Below, in pieces: positions 37,742 to 50,513 of a stretch of 64,000 bases of DNA. Under the pieces are notes generated by a model. That model did not search any database. It was not told the origin of the DNA and was given only the letters and a program-made list of their open reading frames with translations. Made by a program: the position numbers and the translations under genes. Location: NCBI GenBank assembly GCA_965116475.1, contig OZ220691.1:2432001-2496000 (forward strand). The letters run 5' to 3'. The stretch's first letter is position 1. The number at the start of each line of letters is the position of its first letter. Source of the stretch: Gemmatimonadota bacterium. GTDB taxonomy: Bacteria; Gemmatimonadota; Gemmatimonadetes; Palauibacterales; Palauibacteraceae.

Positions 37742-38701
37742 ATGATGGGATTCGGATTGCGGCGCCGGAAGGCGACCGTCGGCGTCGATATCGGCAGCGG
37801 CTTCAGCAAGGCCGCGGTGATCGAACACGGCGAAAGCGGGCCGCGCCTGACAGCGCTCGCGATCGCGCCGAACGAGGCGGACGCCGTGCGCGGCGGGACG
37901 ATCCGGGACCCGGAGCGTGTCGCCGACACGCTTTCCTCGATGTTCAGGCGGGAGCGAATCAAGCCCCGCGATGTCGTGATCGGCATCGGCGGGCGCGACG
38001 TCCTGAGCAAGGTGATCGAAATCGACCGCATGGAGGAAGTGGAGGCCCGCGCCGTGATGCCGTGGGAAGCTGAGCAGCACGTCCCCTTCGATATGAAGAA
38101 CGTGGAACTGGACTTCGCGATCATCGATCCGAACGGCGAAGGCTCGACGATGACCGTGTTGCTCGCGGCGGCGAAGCGAGATGTCGTCGAGACGAGGGTC
38201 GCGCTCCTGCGGCGGGCGGACTTGAACGCCACAACGGTCGATGTTGAAGCTCTGGCCCTTCGCAACGCGTTCGAGGCGAACCATCCGACGGCCATGAAGG
38301 ATGTGACCGTGCTCGTCGACATCGGGACGCATGCGACCGCCCTGCACCTGCTCAGGAACGGCCTGCCCCTGCTGACCCGCGAACTGGCCACCGGCGTTCC
38401 GGCGTCGGATGACCTTGATGAGTTCGTCCGCCGGATCGCACGGGGCATCAACCGCGCGGGAGCGTTCGTGGAGACGGGACCGGGGATTGCACGCGTATAC
38501 CTGTGTGGGGGAGGGGCCACGGCGTCCGGGCTGGTCGAGGTTCTCGCGGAAACAACCGGCGTCGAGACGCGCCTCGCGAGTGCGTTCGAACGCATCGAGG
38601 TCGCGCACGACGTTGCGGACCGGACAGATCTGGACTCGGTGGCGCCGCTGCTAATGCTCTCGGTCGGGCTGGCCCTTCGGCCGCCGGTCCGGGGCCGCTG
38701 A
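37742..38701 (+). CDS. pilM: Type IV pilus assembly protein PilM
   Basis: VGVDIGS, EAEQHVPFD, LVDIG, LCGGGA, VGLALR. Confidence 0.9.
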   Translation: MMGFGLRRRKATVGVDIGSGFSKAAVIEHGESGPRLTALAIAPNEADAVRGGTIRDPERVADTLSSMFRRERIKPRDVVIGIGGRDVLSKVIEIDRMEEVEARAVMPWEAEQHVPFDMKNVELDFAIIDPNGEGSTMTVLLAAAKRDVVETRVALLRRADLNATTVDVEALALRNAFEANHPTAMKDVTVLVDIGTHATALHLLRNGLPLLTRELATGVPASDDLDEFVRRIARGINRAGAFVETGPGIARVYLCGGGATASGLVEVLAETTGVETRLASAFERIEVAHDVADRTDLDSVAPLLMLSVGLALRPPVRGR

Positions 38702-38723
38702 GCGTGGGAGCGAGGGTACGGCA

Positions 38724-39344
38724 TTGATCGAGATCAACCTCCTGCCCGGATCTCTGCGCGCGCGGCAAGGGTTCGCGATCGACGGAAACGCCGAGGGCGG
38801 GCGCCGCATCGACGTGTGGGGTATCGCACTGCTGATTTCGGCGTTGACGATACCGCCGGGCGCGGCCGCGCTGTGGTGGTCGCAACGGACGGAATCGCTA
38901 GCACTCGGGGTGCGGCTTGAAGCGGTCGTGGCGGACTCGGCGCGGCTCGCCGAGCTCCGGGCCGCGAGCGACAGCTTGGCGGAAAGGTCTCGCGAGATTC
39001 GAGAGCGCGTCGCCCTGGTCGAACAACTGGACCGCGACCGGTTCGCGTGGCCGCACCTGATGGACGAAATCAGCCGCGCCCTCCCGCCCCCGGCCTGGCT
39101 GACTTCCCTTCGTCAACTTTCGCCTCCACCCGACCTTTCGGTCGAACTCGAGGGGGTTGCGGGCAATCCGCTCGCGATCACGGAGTTCGTCCGTGACCTG
39201 GGGACCTCGGACTATATCGCCGACGTGAAGATCGTCGGCAGCCAGCAGCAGGCATCCGATCCGGATCAGGTCTCCCGGCAGGCCTTCACCCTCGTGCTTC
39301 GGTTTGCCCACGCGTCCGCCGCGTGGCGGGTCGAACCCTCGTGA
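38724..39344 (+). CDS. pilN: Type IV pilus assembly protein PilN
   Basis: IEINLLP, TM helix, WPHLMDEISRALP..WLTSL. Confidence 0.88.
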   Translation: MIEINLLPGSLRARQGFAIDGNAEGGRRIDVWGIALLISALTIPPGAAALWWSQRTESLALGVRLEAVVADSARLAELRAASDSLAERSREIRERVALVEQLDRDRFAWPHLMDEISRALPPPAWLTSLRQLSPPPDLSVELEGVAGNPLAITEFVRDLGTSDYIADVKIVGSQQQASDPDQVSRQAFTLVLRFAHASAAWRVEPS

Positions 39345-39931
39345 CCGTGCTGCCCCGGGATCCGCGCTCCCGGTACCGGATGCTCGCGTTCATACTCCTG
39401 CTGGGCTGCGGTACGGTCTTCCATCTGCGCTTCTGGAACCCCCGCCGGGTGGAGTTGGCCGAGTTGGCGGAGCGGGTTGAGCGGGCCGAACGCACCCACG
39501 CCCTCGCCGAGCTCGGCGAGGGCAACCTGGATGCGGTGCGCGAGGATCTCGTGCTCGGCGAACGACAACTCGGGGTGTTGAAGCGGCTTATTCCGCGAGA
39601 GGGGGAAGTCGAGGCCATCTATGAAGCCATCGCGGCCGAAACGCAGTCGCTCGGTCTCGAACTCGTCCACGCCTTGCCCGCCGATCCCGTGGCCGACTCC
39701 ACCGGGTACTTCGTGCGGCAACGGTGGGCGCTTCAGATCGAGGGAGCATACCACGATGTTGGGACGCTCCTGACGCGAATCGCCGGCTTCGCCCGCCTCG
39801 TCCGACCCGAGGTCGAGGAGATCGTACCCTCCCGGATCGCCGATTCGGGACGGCAACTCGTTCACGCCCGCTTCAGCCTCGAGACGTTCGTGCTTCCGCC
39901 CGAGGACAGCGCTTCGCCGGAGGAAAGATGA
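39341..39931 (+). CDS. pilO: Type IV pilus assembly protein PilO
   Basis: TM plus coiled coil, LIP..EV, GAYHDVG; operon position. Confidence 0.85.
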   Translation: MTVLPRDPRSRYRMLAFILLLGCGTVFHLRFWNPRRVELAELAERVERAERTHALAELGEGNLDAVREDLVLGERQLGVLKRLIPREGEVEAIYEAIAAETQSLGLELVHALPADPVADSTGYFVRQRWALQIEGAYHDVGTLLTRIAGFARLVRPEVEEIVPSRIADSGRQLVHARFSLETFVLPPEDSASPEER

Positions 39932-40332
39932 ACCGCCTGATCATCATCGTAGTGCTCGCCGCGACGTTCCAGGCCGAGCCATGGGACGTCGCGGCACAGA
40001 CGCGGCGGCCGATCTACGAGCGGGAGGTCTTCACCTACCCCGCCTTCGACCGACGCGACCCGTTCCAGCCGCTTCACCTCGACACGGGGGCGGGGCCGCG
40101 TTTCGGCGACCTTACGCTGGTCGGCGTGCTGTACACCCCCCAATCCGGAAGCGTGGCGATCCTGACCGATCGAGCGACCGGCCGGCGATACCGTGCCCGC
40201 GAACGTGACGACGTCGGCGCCGCCCGCATCGTACAGATTCGCACGGACGAGGTGGATTTCGTGATCACGAGCTTCGGGGTCAGCCGTCGGGAGACGCTGC
40301 GGGTGCGGCGCGACCGGGGGCCAGGAGCATGA
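39928..40332 (+). CDS. PilP-like protein
   Basis: Y...RRDPFQPL, LTLVGVL; between pilO and pilQ. Confidence 0.75.
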   Translation: MNRLIIIVVLAATFQAEPWDVAAQTRRPIYEREVFTYPAFDRRDPFQPLHLDTGAGPRFGDLTLVGVLYTPQSGSVAILTDRATGRRYRARERDDVGAARIVQIRTDEVDFVITSFGVSRRETLRVRRDRGPGA

Positions 40333-42092
40333 TCTCCCGGACCATTCTCGCCTTCGCCGCAGCGGTTGCGGCGGCGCCCGCAGCCGACATGCGGGAAGTG
40401 ACGATCGCGTCGGAGGGGACGGACACCGAAATCACCGTGGTCGTCGGCGGACCGGCCACGCCCCGCCACATGATGCTGAACAATCCTCCGCGGCTGCTTC
40501 TGGACGTAACGGGCGCGAACCTCGGACCGGTGCGCCGTCGCTACGACCGGATCGACCGCGGCGGAGTTCTCGGCATGCGTTCAACCCAGTTCCGGCCCGA
40601 GACGGCGCGGCTCGTATTCGACCTCGAGCGGGAAACCGCCTACCGCGTGACCGCGGACTCCGGCATGATTCGCGTGACCTTCCAGAACCCCGGCCCGCCT
40701 TTCTCTCCCTGGTCCACGACGGACGTTGCGGGGGCTTCCGAGACGGATGTTCGGGTGGCTTCCGGGCCGTTGCCTGTCGTGCAGGAGACCGAGCCGCGCA
40801 TCTCGGTGGTGTACGACAGTGCCAGCATGCTCGATGTTCTCGCCGGTTTCTCGGAGTTTGCGGACATCTCGGTCGTCCCGAACGGGGAGGTCGCGTCTGT
40901 CGTCGTTCGAGGTGTCGACATCCGCGACCAGTCGTGGGACGTGGCGCTGAACGCGATCCTGTCGGCCCAGAACCTCGGCTGGCACCGGACCGAGAGCGGG
41001 ATCATCGTCGTCGACTGGCTGGAGAACCTGCAGGCGCGGGATCAATTGCTGAGCGAAACGCGCGTGATCCGGGTCAACTACGCGAGGGCCGATTCGGTGG
41101 CGGAAACGCTCCGGCATCTGGCCACGCCCGACCGCGGCCAGGTCGTGTCGTTCTCCGGCAGCAACACCGTCATCGTGACGGACGCACCGTCCGTCGTCGC
41201 GCGGATGGACACGATCATCGCCATGCTGGACCGGCGTCTCCCCCAGGTCGCGATCGAGGCGAAGATCGTGTTCGTGGACCGGACGGACGTACAGCAACTG
41301 GGGATCGTATACGACCTCAAGGACCGGAGCGGCGGCGTCGTGGAACAGGGCCTCAACGACCTCATCGCGGTGCCCGACCCTGACGCGCCGCCTCAACTCG
41401 TCGATGTGGACGGCGATGGGACCGTCGATCAGGGGTTCGTCAGGCGGACGAACGAAACGATCGTGAGTCTGGGAGGTTCGGCGGTCGCCGCGCTGGCGAA
41501 CGCGAATGACCGCCCGATCGGGCCCGCCCTCCAGATCCTGACGGCCGTGGCGTTCGGCGAGTTCTCCCTCTTCTCGTTCCTCGAAGCGCTGGAATCTCAC
41601 CAGTTGTCGGACGTGCAGGCGGCGCCCTCGATCCGGGTCGTGGATCACGCGCACGCAAGAATCCAGGTTGGCGAGCGCACCCCCATACGGGTCCTGGAGC
41701 CGGGAGCCCAGACCGAATCCGCACGCGTCAACGTCGACTTCGAGGACACCGGGATTATTCTCGACGTCGTTCCGCACGTGACGAACAACAACCAGATCCG
41801 GCTGGAGCTGATGGCCGAACGGTCCGGCCTGAAGCTCGGGCTCTCGGATGTGGGCTTCGTGTTCGAGAAACAGATCGGCGAGACGACATTGCTGCTCGAT
41901 GACGGCGAGACCGCCGTGATCGGCGGACTGACACTCAGCGAGGTGACCCGGAGCCGCAGCGGGATTCCCGGGCTGATGAATCTCCCGCTGATCGGAAATC
42001 TGTTTCGGAGTTCCAAGGAGCGGGAGGTGAAGCAGGACCTCATCATCCTCGTCACGCCACACATCATCCATCGCGGGCCCGAGGGACGATAG
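40329..42092 (+). CDS. pilQ: Type IV pilus secretin with AMIN domain
   Basis: NPPRLLLD, LD....QVAIEAKIV, GETAVIGG, GIPGLMNLPLIGNLF, LIILVTPHI. Confidence 0.92.
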   Translation: MISRTILAFAAAVAAAPAADMREVTIASEGTDTEITVVVGGPATPRHMMLNNPPRLLLDVTGANLGPVRRRYDRIDRGGVLGMRSTQFRPETARLVFDLERETAYRVTADSGMIRVTFQNPGPPFSPWSTTDVAGASETDVRVASGPLPVVQETEPRISVVYDSASMLDVLAGFSEFADISVVPNGEVASVVVRGVDIRDQSWDVALNAILSAQNLGWHRTESGIIVVDWLENLQARDQLLSETRVIRVNYARADSVAETLRHLATPDRGQVVSFSGSNTVIVTDAPSVVARMDTIIAMLDRRLPQVAIEAKIVFVDRTDVQQLGIVYDLKDRSGGVVEQGLNDLIAVPDPDAPPQLVDVDGDGTVDQGFVRRTNETIVSLGGSAVAALANANDRPIGPALQILTAVAFGEFSLFSFLEALESHQLSDVQAAPSIRVVDHAHARIQVGERTPIRVLEPGAQTESARVNVDFEDTGIILDVVPHVTNNNQIRLELMAERSGLKLGLSDVGFVFEKQIGETTLLLDDGETAVIGGLTLSEVTRSRSGIPGLMNLPLIGNLFRSSKEREVKQDLIILVTPHIIHRGPEGR

Positions 42093-42229
42093 GGGCACGG
42101 CAGGTTGCGGGTCCCGCCCTCGGGGCATCCTTTTCCCGCCGTTGGAACGGCCGTTCGACGAAGAGAGATCCACGCGGTGTTTCACGCGGTGAGGCACGAT
42201 GAGGCGCGATGAGGCGCGATGAGGACTGA

Positions 42230-43423
42230 ATGCTGAGATGTCTGAGGTTGACCACGGCGGGCGAAACGCACGGCCCCGCCGTGGTCGCCGTGCTGGAGGG
42301 AATCCCCGCCGGATTGGCGCTCGAGCCCGACGATGTCGCCTGGGAACTCGCGCGCCGGCAGGGCGGGCACGGCCGCGGAGGCCGCATGAAGATCGAGAAG
42401 GATGTGGGCGAGATCTTCGGCGGCGTGCGCCTCGGGGAGACGCTCGGGGCTCCGGTCGCCGTCCGGATTCCCAACCGCGACTTCAGGAACTGGGGCGCGG
42501 CGATGGCGGTCGAGGCGCCGGATGTGGAGGACGACGAACTCCTGCGCCGGGTGTACCTGCCGCGGCCGGGACACGCCGACCTCGCGGGCATGCTCAAGTA
42601 CGGCAGGCAGGACGCGCGCGACATCCTCGAGCGGGCGAGCGCGCGCGAGACGGCCGCGCGCGTCGCCGCCGGGGCCGTCGCCAAGCGGCTGCTGGGCGAG
42701 TTCGGCGTGCGCGTCGAGAGTCACGTGGTGTCGATCGGTCCGGTGGAAGCGCCGCCGCGGCTGCCGCTGCCGGAGGATCTTCTCTCCGTCGCCGACGCCT
42801 CGCCCGTGCGCTGCATCGACCCCGACGCGACGGCCGCGATGGTCGAGGCGATCGATGCGGCCCGCCGCGCCGGCGATTCGCTGGGCGGCGTGTTCGAGGT
42901 CGTCGCGCGCGGCGTGCCCGTGGGCCTCGGGAGCCATGTCACGTGGGAGACCCGCCTCGGCGGGCGCATCGGCGGCGCGATGATGTCGATCCACGCGATG
43001 AAGGGCGTCGAGATCGGGATGGGGTTCGAAGCCGCGCGTCGCCGGGGGTCCGACGTCCACGATGAGATCGAACGGGACCCGGCGCGCCGCGAGAGCGGGG
43101 GCTACAGGCGGCGGCGGAACAACGCGGGCGGCCTCGAAGGCGGTATGACGACGGGAGGCGATATCGTGGCTCGCGTGGCGATGAAGCCGCTCAGTTCGCT
43201 GCGCCGCCCCCTGGACAGCGTGGATACCCGGACCGGAGAGCCGGCCAAGGCGATCCGTGAGCGCAGCGACGTGTGCGCGGTGCCGGCGGCCGGGATCGTC
43301 GGAGAAGCGATGATGGCGCTCGTGCTGGCGGACGCCTGGGTCGAGAAGTTCGGCGGCGACAGCCTCGCCGAGATGCGGTCAAACGTGGAGAGCTACCTCG
43401 CGCGGATCGGGGACGCGGAGTGA
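42230..43423 (+). CDS. aroC: Chorismate synthase
   Basis: TAGETHG, PRPGHAD, ERASARETA, GGLEGGMT, RSDVCAVP. Confidence 0.96.
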   Translation: MLRCLRLTTAGETHGPAVVAVLEGIPAGLALEPDDVAWELARRQGGHGRGGRMKIEKDVGEIFGGVRLGETLGAPVAVRIPNRDFRNWGAAMAVEAPDVEDDELLRRVYLPRPGHADLAGMLKYGRQDARDILERASARETAARVAAGAVAKRLLGEFGVRVESHVVSIGPVEAPPRLPLPEDLLSVADASPVRCIDPDATAAMVEAIDAARRAGDSLGGVFEVVARGVPVGLGSHVTWETRLGGRIGGAMMSIHAMKGVEIGMGFEAARRRGSDVHDEIERDPARRESGGYRRRRNNAGGLEGGMTTGGDIVARVAMKPLSSLRRPLDSVDTRTGEPAKAIRERSDVCAVPAAGIVGEAMMALVLADAWVEKFGGDSLAEMRSNVESYLARIGDAE

Positions 43424-43424
43424 C

Positions 43425-43994
43425 GTGGCGAGTATGCCCCGAAGGATCTGGCTCGTCGGTCTCTCCGGGTCGGGGAAGAGCACCATGGGCCCGATCCTCG
43501 CGCGGCGTCTGGGGTATCGGTTCGTCGACCTGGACCGCGAGATCGAAGCGCGGGCCGGCGAGTCGATCTCCCGGATGTTCCGTCGCCGCGGGGAGGGCGA
43601 GTTCCGGAGGCTCGAGGCCGCCGCCGCCGCCCGCGTGGCACGGAAAAAAGACGTGGTCGTCGCGACCGGGGGCGGGTGGATGGCGCGCCGGGACATCGAC
43701 CGCGCGTCCGGCGGCCGGGTGCGCGTCTGGTTGCGCGTGCGCCCCGAGACCGCGATCCATCGCCTCTCCGGGAAGGGCGCCGAGACCCGGCCGCTGCTGG
43801 CCGGACCCGACCCCGCGGCCGCGCTCGCCACGCTGCTCGCGGAGCGGGAGGCCGCCTACGCGGAGGCCGAATTGGCGCTGGAGACGGATGGCCGGGAACC
43901 GGAGGATGTCGTGGAGGTAGCGCTGGAGAGTCTGCGGCGTTTCGCCGCCCGCCAGGTGGCGGACGGACCAACGGAAGGACAACAGGAGAGTTGA
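43425..43994 (+). CDS. aroK: Shikimate kinase
   Basis: GLSGSGKST, GEGEFRRLE, ATGGG, RPLL. Confidence 0.93.
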   Translation: MASMPRRIWLVGLSGSGKSTMGPILARRLGYRFVDLDREIEARAGESISRMFRRRGEGEFRRLEAAAAARVARKKDVVVATGGGWMARRDIDRASGGRVRVWLRVRPETAIHRLSGKGAETRPLLAGPDPAAALATLLAEREAAYAEAELALETDGREPEDVVEVALESLRRFAARQVADGPTEGQQES

Positions 43995-44004
43995 GAGACC
44001 GCCC

Positions 44005-46560
44005 GTGAATCTCGTCATCGTGGAGTCGCCCGCGAAGGCCCGCACCCTGGAGTCGTATCTCGGGGCCGGCTTCAGCGTAGAGGCATCGGTCGGGCACGTC
44101 CGGGACCTCCCCAGGAGCGGCCTCGGCGTCGACGTCGAAAAGGGGTTCGAGCCGGAGTACGTCACGATCGAGGGGAAGGAACCCGTTCTCCGCAAGCTGC
44201 GGGCGGCGGCGGCGAAGGCGGACTCCATCCTTCTCGCCACGGACCCTGACCGTGAGGGCGAGGCGATCGCCTACCACATCGTGGAGGCCCTGACCGCGCG
44301 GAAGCGGGCGCTGCGGGAACGGTTCCACCGCATCACGTTCAACGAGATCACGAAGAGCGCCGTGCTCGAGGCGCTCAAGGAGCCGGGAGAGATCGATCTC
44401 CCCCGCATCGAGGCCCAGCAGGCGCGCAGGATTCTGGATCGGCTCGTCGGCTACCGGGTCTCGCCGCTCCTGTGGAAGAAGATCAAGCCCGGGCTCTCGG
44501 CGGGCCGCGTGCAGTCGGTCGCCGTCCGCCTGCTCGTGGAGCGCGAACGGGAGCGGCGCGCCTTCCGGAGCGGCGCCTGGTGGCGGCTGCGCGCGCACCT
44601 CGCCGCCGACGGAGGCGCCTTCACGGCCGATCTGGCCGCGCTCGACGGGGTGCCGATCGCGACGGGCCGGGACTTCGACGAGCGCACCGGCGCCCTCAAG
44701 GCCGGCCGCAAGGTCGTCCTGCTGGACCGGGAACGCGCCGAGGCGCTCCGCGCGCGGCTGGCCGACGCGGCCTTCACGGTCGTCAGCCTGCGCGAGAAGC
44801 GTTCGAAGCGAAGCCCGTATCCTCCGTTCACGACCGCGACCCTCCAGCAGGAGGCCAACCGCAAGCTGAACCTCGGGGCCCGGGAGACGATGCGGATCGC
44901 CCAGGCGCTCTACGAGGCCGGCCGCATCACCTACATGAGGACCGATTCCGTCACGCTCTCCGAGGCCGCGATATCGGCGATTCGAAGCCGTGTCGCGACG
45001 CGGTACGGGGAGGAATACCTGAGCCCGGCCCCGCGGCGCTACAAGACGAAGTCCCGCTCGGCGCAGGAGGCCCACGAGGCGATTCGCCCCGCCGGCACCG
45101 ACATGCGGACGGCCGATGAACTCGGACTCACCGGCCGGCAGAAGGCGCTCTACGAACTGATCTGGCGACGCGCGGTCGCGACGCAGATGGCCGATGCCCG
45201 TCTGCGGCACCTGAACGTGCAGGTGGATGCGGAGGAGGCGCGCTTCCGCGCCGCGGGGAAGGTGATCGAGTTCCCCGGCTTCTTCCGCGCCTACGTCGAA
45301 GGCTCCGATGATCCGGACGCGGCGCTGGAGAACCAGGAAACCGTTCTCCCCGACATGCGGGAGGGCCAGGTGCTCGAGAACCGCAAGCTGGAGAGCCGGA
45401 AGCACGAGACGAAGCCGCCCCCCCGCTTCACGGACGCGGCGCTCGTGAAGGAACTGGAGGCGGACGGCATCGGGCGTCCCTCCACGTACGCCGCCATCAT
45501 CTCCACCGTCGTCGATCGAGGGTACGCGGTACGGCAGAACAAGCAACTGGTCCCCACCTTCATCGCCTTCGCGGTGACCGGCCTCCTGGAGGATCACTTC
45601 CCGAACCTCGTCGACACCGGCTTCACCTCCGAGATGGAGGAGGCGCTGGACGACATCGCTCGCGGCAACGTGGACTGGCGCGCCTACCTCGGAGAGTTCT
45701 ACAGCGGGGGAGACGGTCTCGAGGCGCGGCTCGCCGAGCGCGAAGCGGCCATCGACCCGCGCGAGGCTTCGACTGTGCGGCTGCAGGATCTGACGCCCCG
45801 CGTCCGGATCGGCCGCTACGGCCCCTTCCTCGAACTCGAGCGCAACGGCGACCGGCTCACCGCGTCCCTCCCCGACGACGTGGCCCCGGCCGACCTCAGC
45901 GAGGAACAGGCGATCGACCTCCTCCGGAAGCGGGCGGAAGGTCCGGACCGGCTGGGGGAGGACCCCGACTCCGGCGAGACCATCTACCTCATGGAGGGTC
46001 GGTTCGGCCCCTACGTACAGCGAGGCGAGAGGGCGGACGGGAAGAAGCCGAAACGCGCCTCTCTCCCGAAGAACGTGCGGCCGGAGGACGTGTCGCTGGC
46101 GACGGCGCTCAAGCTGCTCGCCATGCCTGCCCCGCTCGGCGCGCACCCGAAGAGCGGCGACCCGGTGAAAGTGGGCATCGGGCGCTACGGGCCGTACGTC
46201 GTCCACCAGTCCGACTACCGCTCGCTGACGGAGAACGACGACCCGCTCGACATCACCTTCGAACGTGCCATGGAGCTGCTCTCCGCGCCCAAGACGCGGG
46301 GCCGCCGGGCGAGCGCCACACCGCTGCGGGAGGTCGGCGCGCACCCGGATGACGGCGAGCCGATCGCCATCTACAAGGGTCGCTACGGTCCCTATGTGAA
46401 ACACGGCAAGACGAACGCTTCGCTGCCCAAGGGAACCGAGCCCGACGACGTCACGCTGGACGTGGCCCTGGATCTGCTGAGGAAGCGAAAGGAGCGCGAC
46501 GCGACCAGGCAGGCGGGCGGGCGGCGCGGCGGCTCCCGCAAGAAGTCGTCGAGAAAATGA
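44005..46560 (+). CDS. topA: DNA topoisomerase I with C-terminal repeats
   Basis: [39 protein letters not shown] repeats. Confidence 0.97.
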   Translation: MNLVIVESPAKARTLESYLGAGFSVEASVGHVRDLPRSGLGVDVEKGFEPEYVTIEGKEPVLRKLRAAAAKADSILLATDPDREGEAIAYHIVEALTARKRALRERFHRITFNEITKSAVLEALKEPGEIDLPRIEAQQARRILDRLVGYRVSPLLWKKIKPGLSAGRVQSVAVRLLVERERERRAFRSGAWWRLRAHLAADGGAFTADLAALDGVPIATGRDFDERTGALKAGRKVVLLDRERAEALRARLADAAFTVVSLREKRSKRSPYPPFTTATLQQEANRKLNLGARETMRIAQALYEAGRITYMRTDSVTLSEAAISAIRSRVATRYGEEYLSPAPRRYKTKSRSAQEAHEAIRPAGTDMRTADELGLTGRQKALYELIWRRAVATQMADARLRHLNVQVDAEEARFRAAGKVIEFPGFFRAYVEGSDDPDAALENQETVLPDMREGQVLENRKLESRKHETKPPPRFTDAALVKELEADGIGRPSTYAAIISTVVDRGYAVRQNKQLVPTFIAFAVTGLLEDHFPNLVDTGFTSEMEEALDDIARGNVDWRAYLGEFYSGGDGLEARLAEREAAIDPREASTVRLQDLTPRVRIGRYGPFLELERNGDRLTASLPDDVAPADLSEEQAIDLLRKRAEGPDRLGEDPDSGETIYLMEGRFGPYVQRGERADGKKPKRASLPKNVRPEDVSLATALKLLAMPAPLGAHPKSGDPVKVGIGRYGPYVVHQSDYRSLTENDDPLDITFERAMELLSAPKTRGRRASATPLREVGAHPDDGEPIAIYKGRYGPYVKHGKTNASLPKGTEPDDVTLDVALDLLRKRKERDATRQAGGRRGGSRKKSSRK

Positions 46561-47501
46561 CCGAAACGTCCGCGCCCGCCGACGCGCGAGCGCGAGCCAG
46601 GCGCGCATGGGTCGACGACTTCCTTCGCTACGCCCGCGCGGAGCGCCGGCTGTCCCCCAACACCGTGTCCGCGTACCGTCGCGACCTCGGCCAGTTCGAG
46701 GCCTTCGTGAGCGCGTACGAGGGGACGCACGACTGGGGCTGGGCTGACGTACATCGCGTGTCCATCCGTTCCTTCATGGGAGACCTCGAGTCGCGCGGGC
46801 TGAAACGCGCCTCGATCGCCCGCAAGCTCGCCGCCGTGCGCGCCTTCTTCGACTTCCTCCAGCGCACGGACCGTCTGGAGGCCAGCCCGGCCCGGCTCGT
46901 CCGCACCCCCCGCCGGGACCGGACGCTGCCCTCCTTCCTGAGCGAGGACGACGCCCGCGAACTGCTGGACTCCGCCGGCGAGGCGGCGCGGCGCGACGGG
47001 TCCGCGGTGGCGCTCCGGCGCTGGGCCCTCCTCGAGCTGCTGTACTCGTGCGGACTGCGCCTGGCGGAGGTGCAGGGCCTCGACGTGACCGCCGTCGACC
47101 GCCGCACCGGGCAGGTTCGTGCACTCGGCAAGGGCGGGAAGGAGCGCGTGGTCCCTCTCGGGCGGCGCGCCTCGGACGCGCTCGGCGCCTATTTCGGGAA
47201 GCGGGGGGAAAGCGCCTCCCGCGCCGCCTTCCTCTCCGTTCGCGGCACCCGCCTCTCGCGGCGGCAGATCCAGCGCGACGTGACGGCCCAGCTCGCGCGG
47301 GTCGCGGAGGGCGACCGGCTGACCACGCATTCGCTGCGGCACTCCTTCGCGACCCACCTCCTCGATCGCGGGGCGGACCTCGTTTCGGTGAAGGAGATGC
47401 TGGGGCACGCGAGTCTGAGCACGACCCGGATTTACACGCACACATCCGTGGACCGCCTCAAGCGCGTACACTCCCGGGCCCATCCACGCGGAGGCGAATG
47501 A
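46557..47501 (+). CDS. xerC: Tyrosine recombinase XerC
   Basis: [30 protein letters not shown]...TTRIYTH; topA-xerC-hslVU synteny. Confidence 0.88.
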   Translation: MTETSAPADARARARRAWVDDFLRYARAERRLSPNTVSAYRRDLGQFEAFVSAYEGTHDWGWADVHRVSIRSFMGDLESRGLKRASIARKLAAVRAFFDFLQRTDRLEASPARLVRTPRRDRTLPSFLSEDDARELLDSAGEAARRDGSAVALRRWALLELLYSCGLRLAEVQGLDVTAVDRRTGQVRALGKGGKERVVPLGRRASDALGAYFGKRGESASRAAFLSVRGTRLSRRQIQRDVTAQLARVAEGDRLTTHSLRHSFATHLLDRGADLVSVKEMLGHASLSTTRIYTHTSVDRLKRVHSRAHPRGGE

Positions 47502-48063
47502 AAACCATGATACGAGCCACGACGATCCTCTGCGTCAGAGTCGGAGGGGAAGTCGCGATGGCGGGCGACGGCCAGGTGACCATGGGAGACACCGTCGTCA
47601 AGGCGAAGGCCAGCAAGCTGCGCACGATGCGCGATGGCCGGATCCTGGCGGGCTTCGCCGGCGGCGTCGCCGATGCCCTCACGCTGTTCGAAAAGTTCGA
47701 GGCGCAACTCGAACGCTACCCTCGCCACCTCACCCGCGCGGCGGTGGAACTCGCGAAGGAATGGCGGAGCGACCGCTATCTTCGGCGGCTCGAGGCGCTG
47801 CTGGCCGTCGCCGACCGGGAGACGAGCCTGCTTATCGCCGGCACGGGCGAGGTCATCGAGCCGGACGACGGCATTCTCGCGCTCGGGTCCGGCGGGCCGC
47901 ACGCGCTCGCCGCCGCGCGGGCCCTCGCCCGCCGCACGGATCTGCCTGCAGCGGAGGTGGCCCGGCAGGCCCTCGAGATCGCGGCGGAGATCTGCGTGTA
48001 CACGAACCGGGAGATCACGGTGCTCGAGCTGCCGGGCAGCGGCGACCGAAACGGAAGCGAGCC

Positions 48064-48067
<4 letters not shown>
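47498..48067 (+). CDS. hslV: ATP-dependent protease subunit HslV
   Basis: [35 protein letters not shown]. Confidence 0.95.
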
Positions 48068-49548
<1,481 letters not shown>

Positions 49549-49595
49549 AAACCTGGTAGAAACCTGCAGATAGAGACCCGAGGACTCACGAAGCC

Positions 49596-50509
<914 letters not shown>

Positions 50510-50513
<4 letters not shown>

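Noticed and set aside
43393..46608. Long antisense ORFs (1071 aa here; also 30365-33154, 58774-61653, 10447-12813, 25993-28380)
   Set aside because: Shadow frames of real genes, expected from high-GC codon bias; no domain signal.
46557..47501. Tyrosine recombinase as a mobile-element integrase
   Set aside because: Size and topA-xerC-hslVU context indicate housekeeping XerC.
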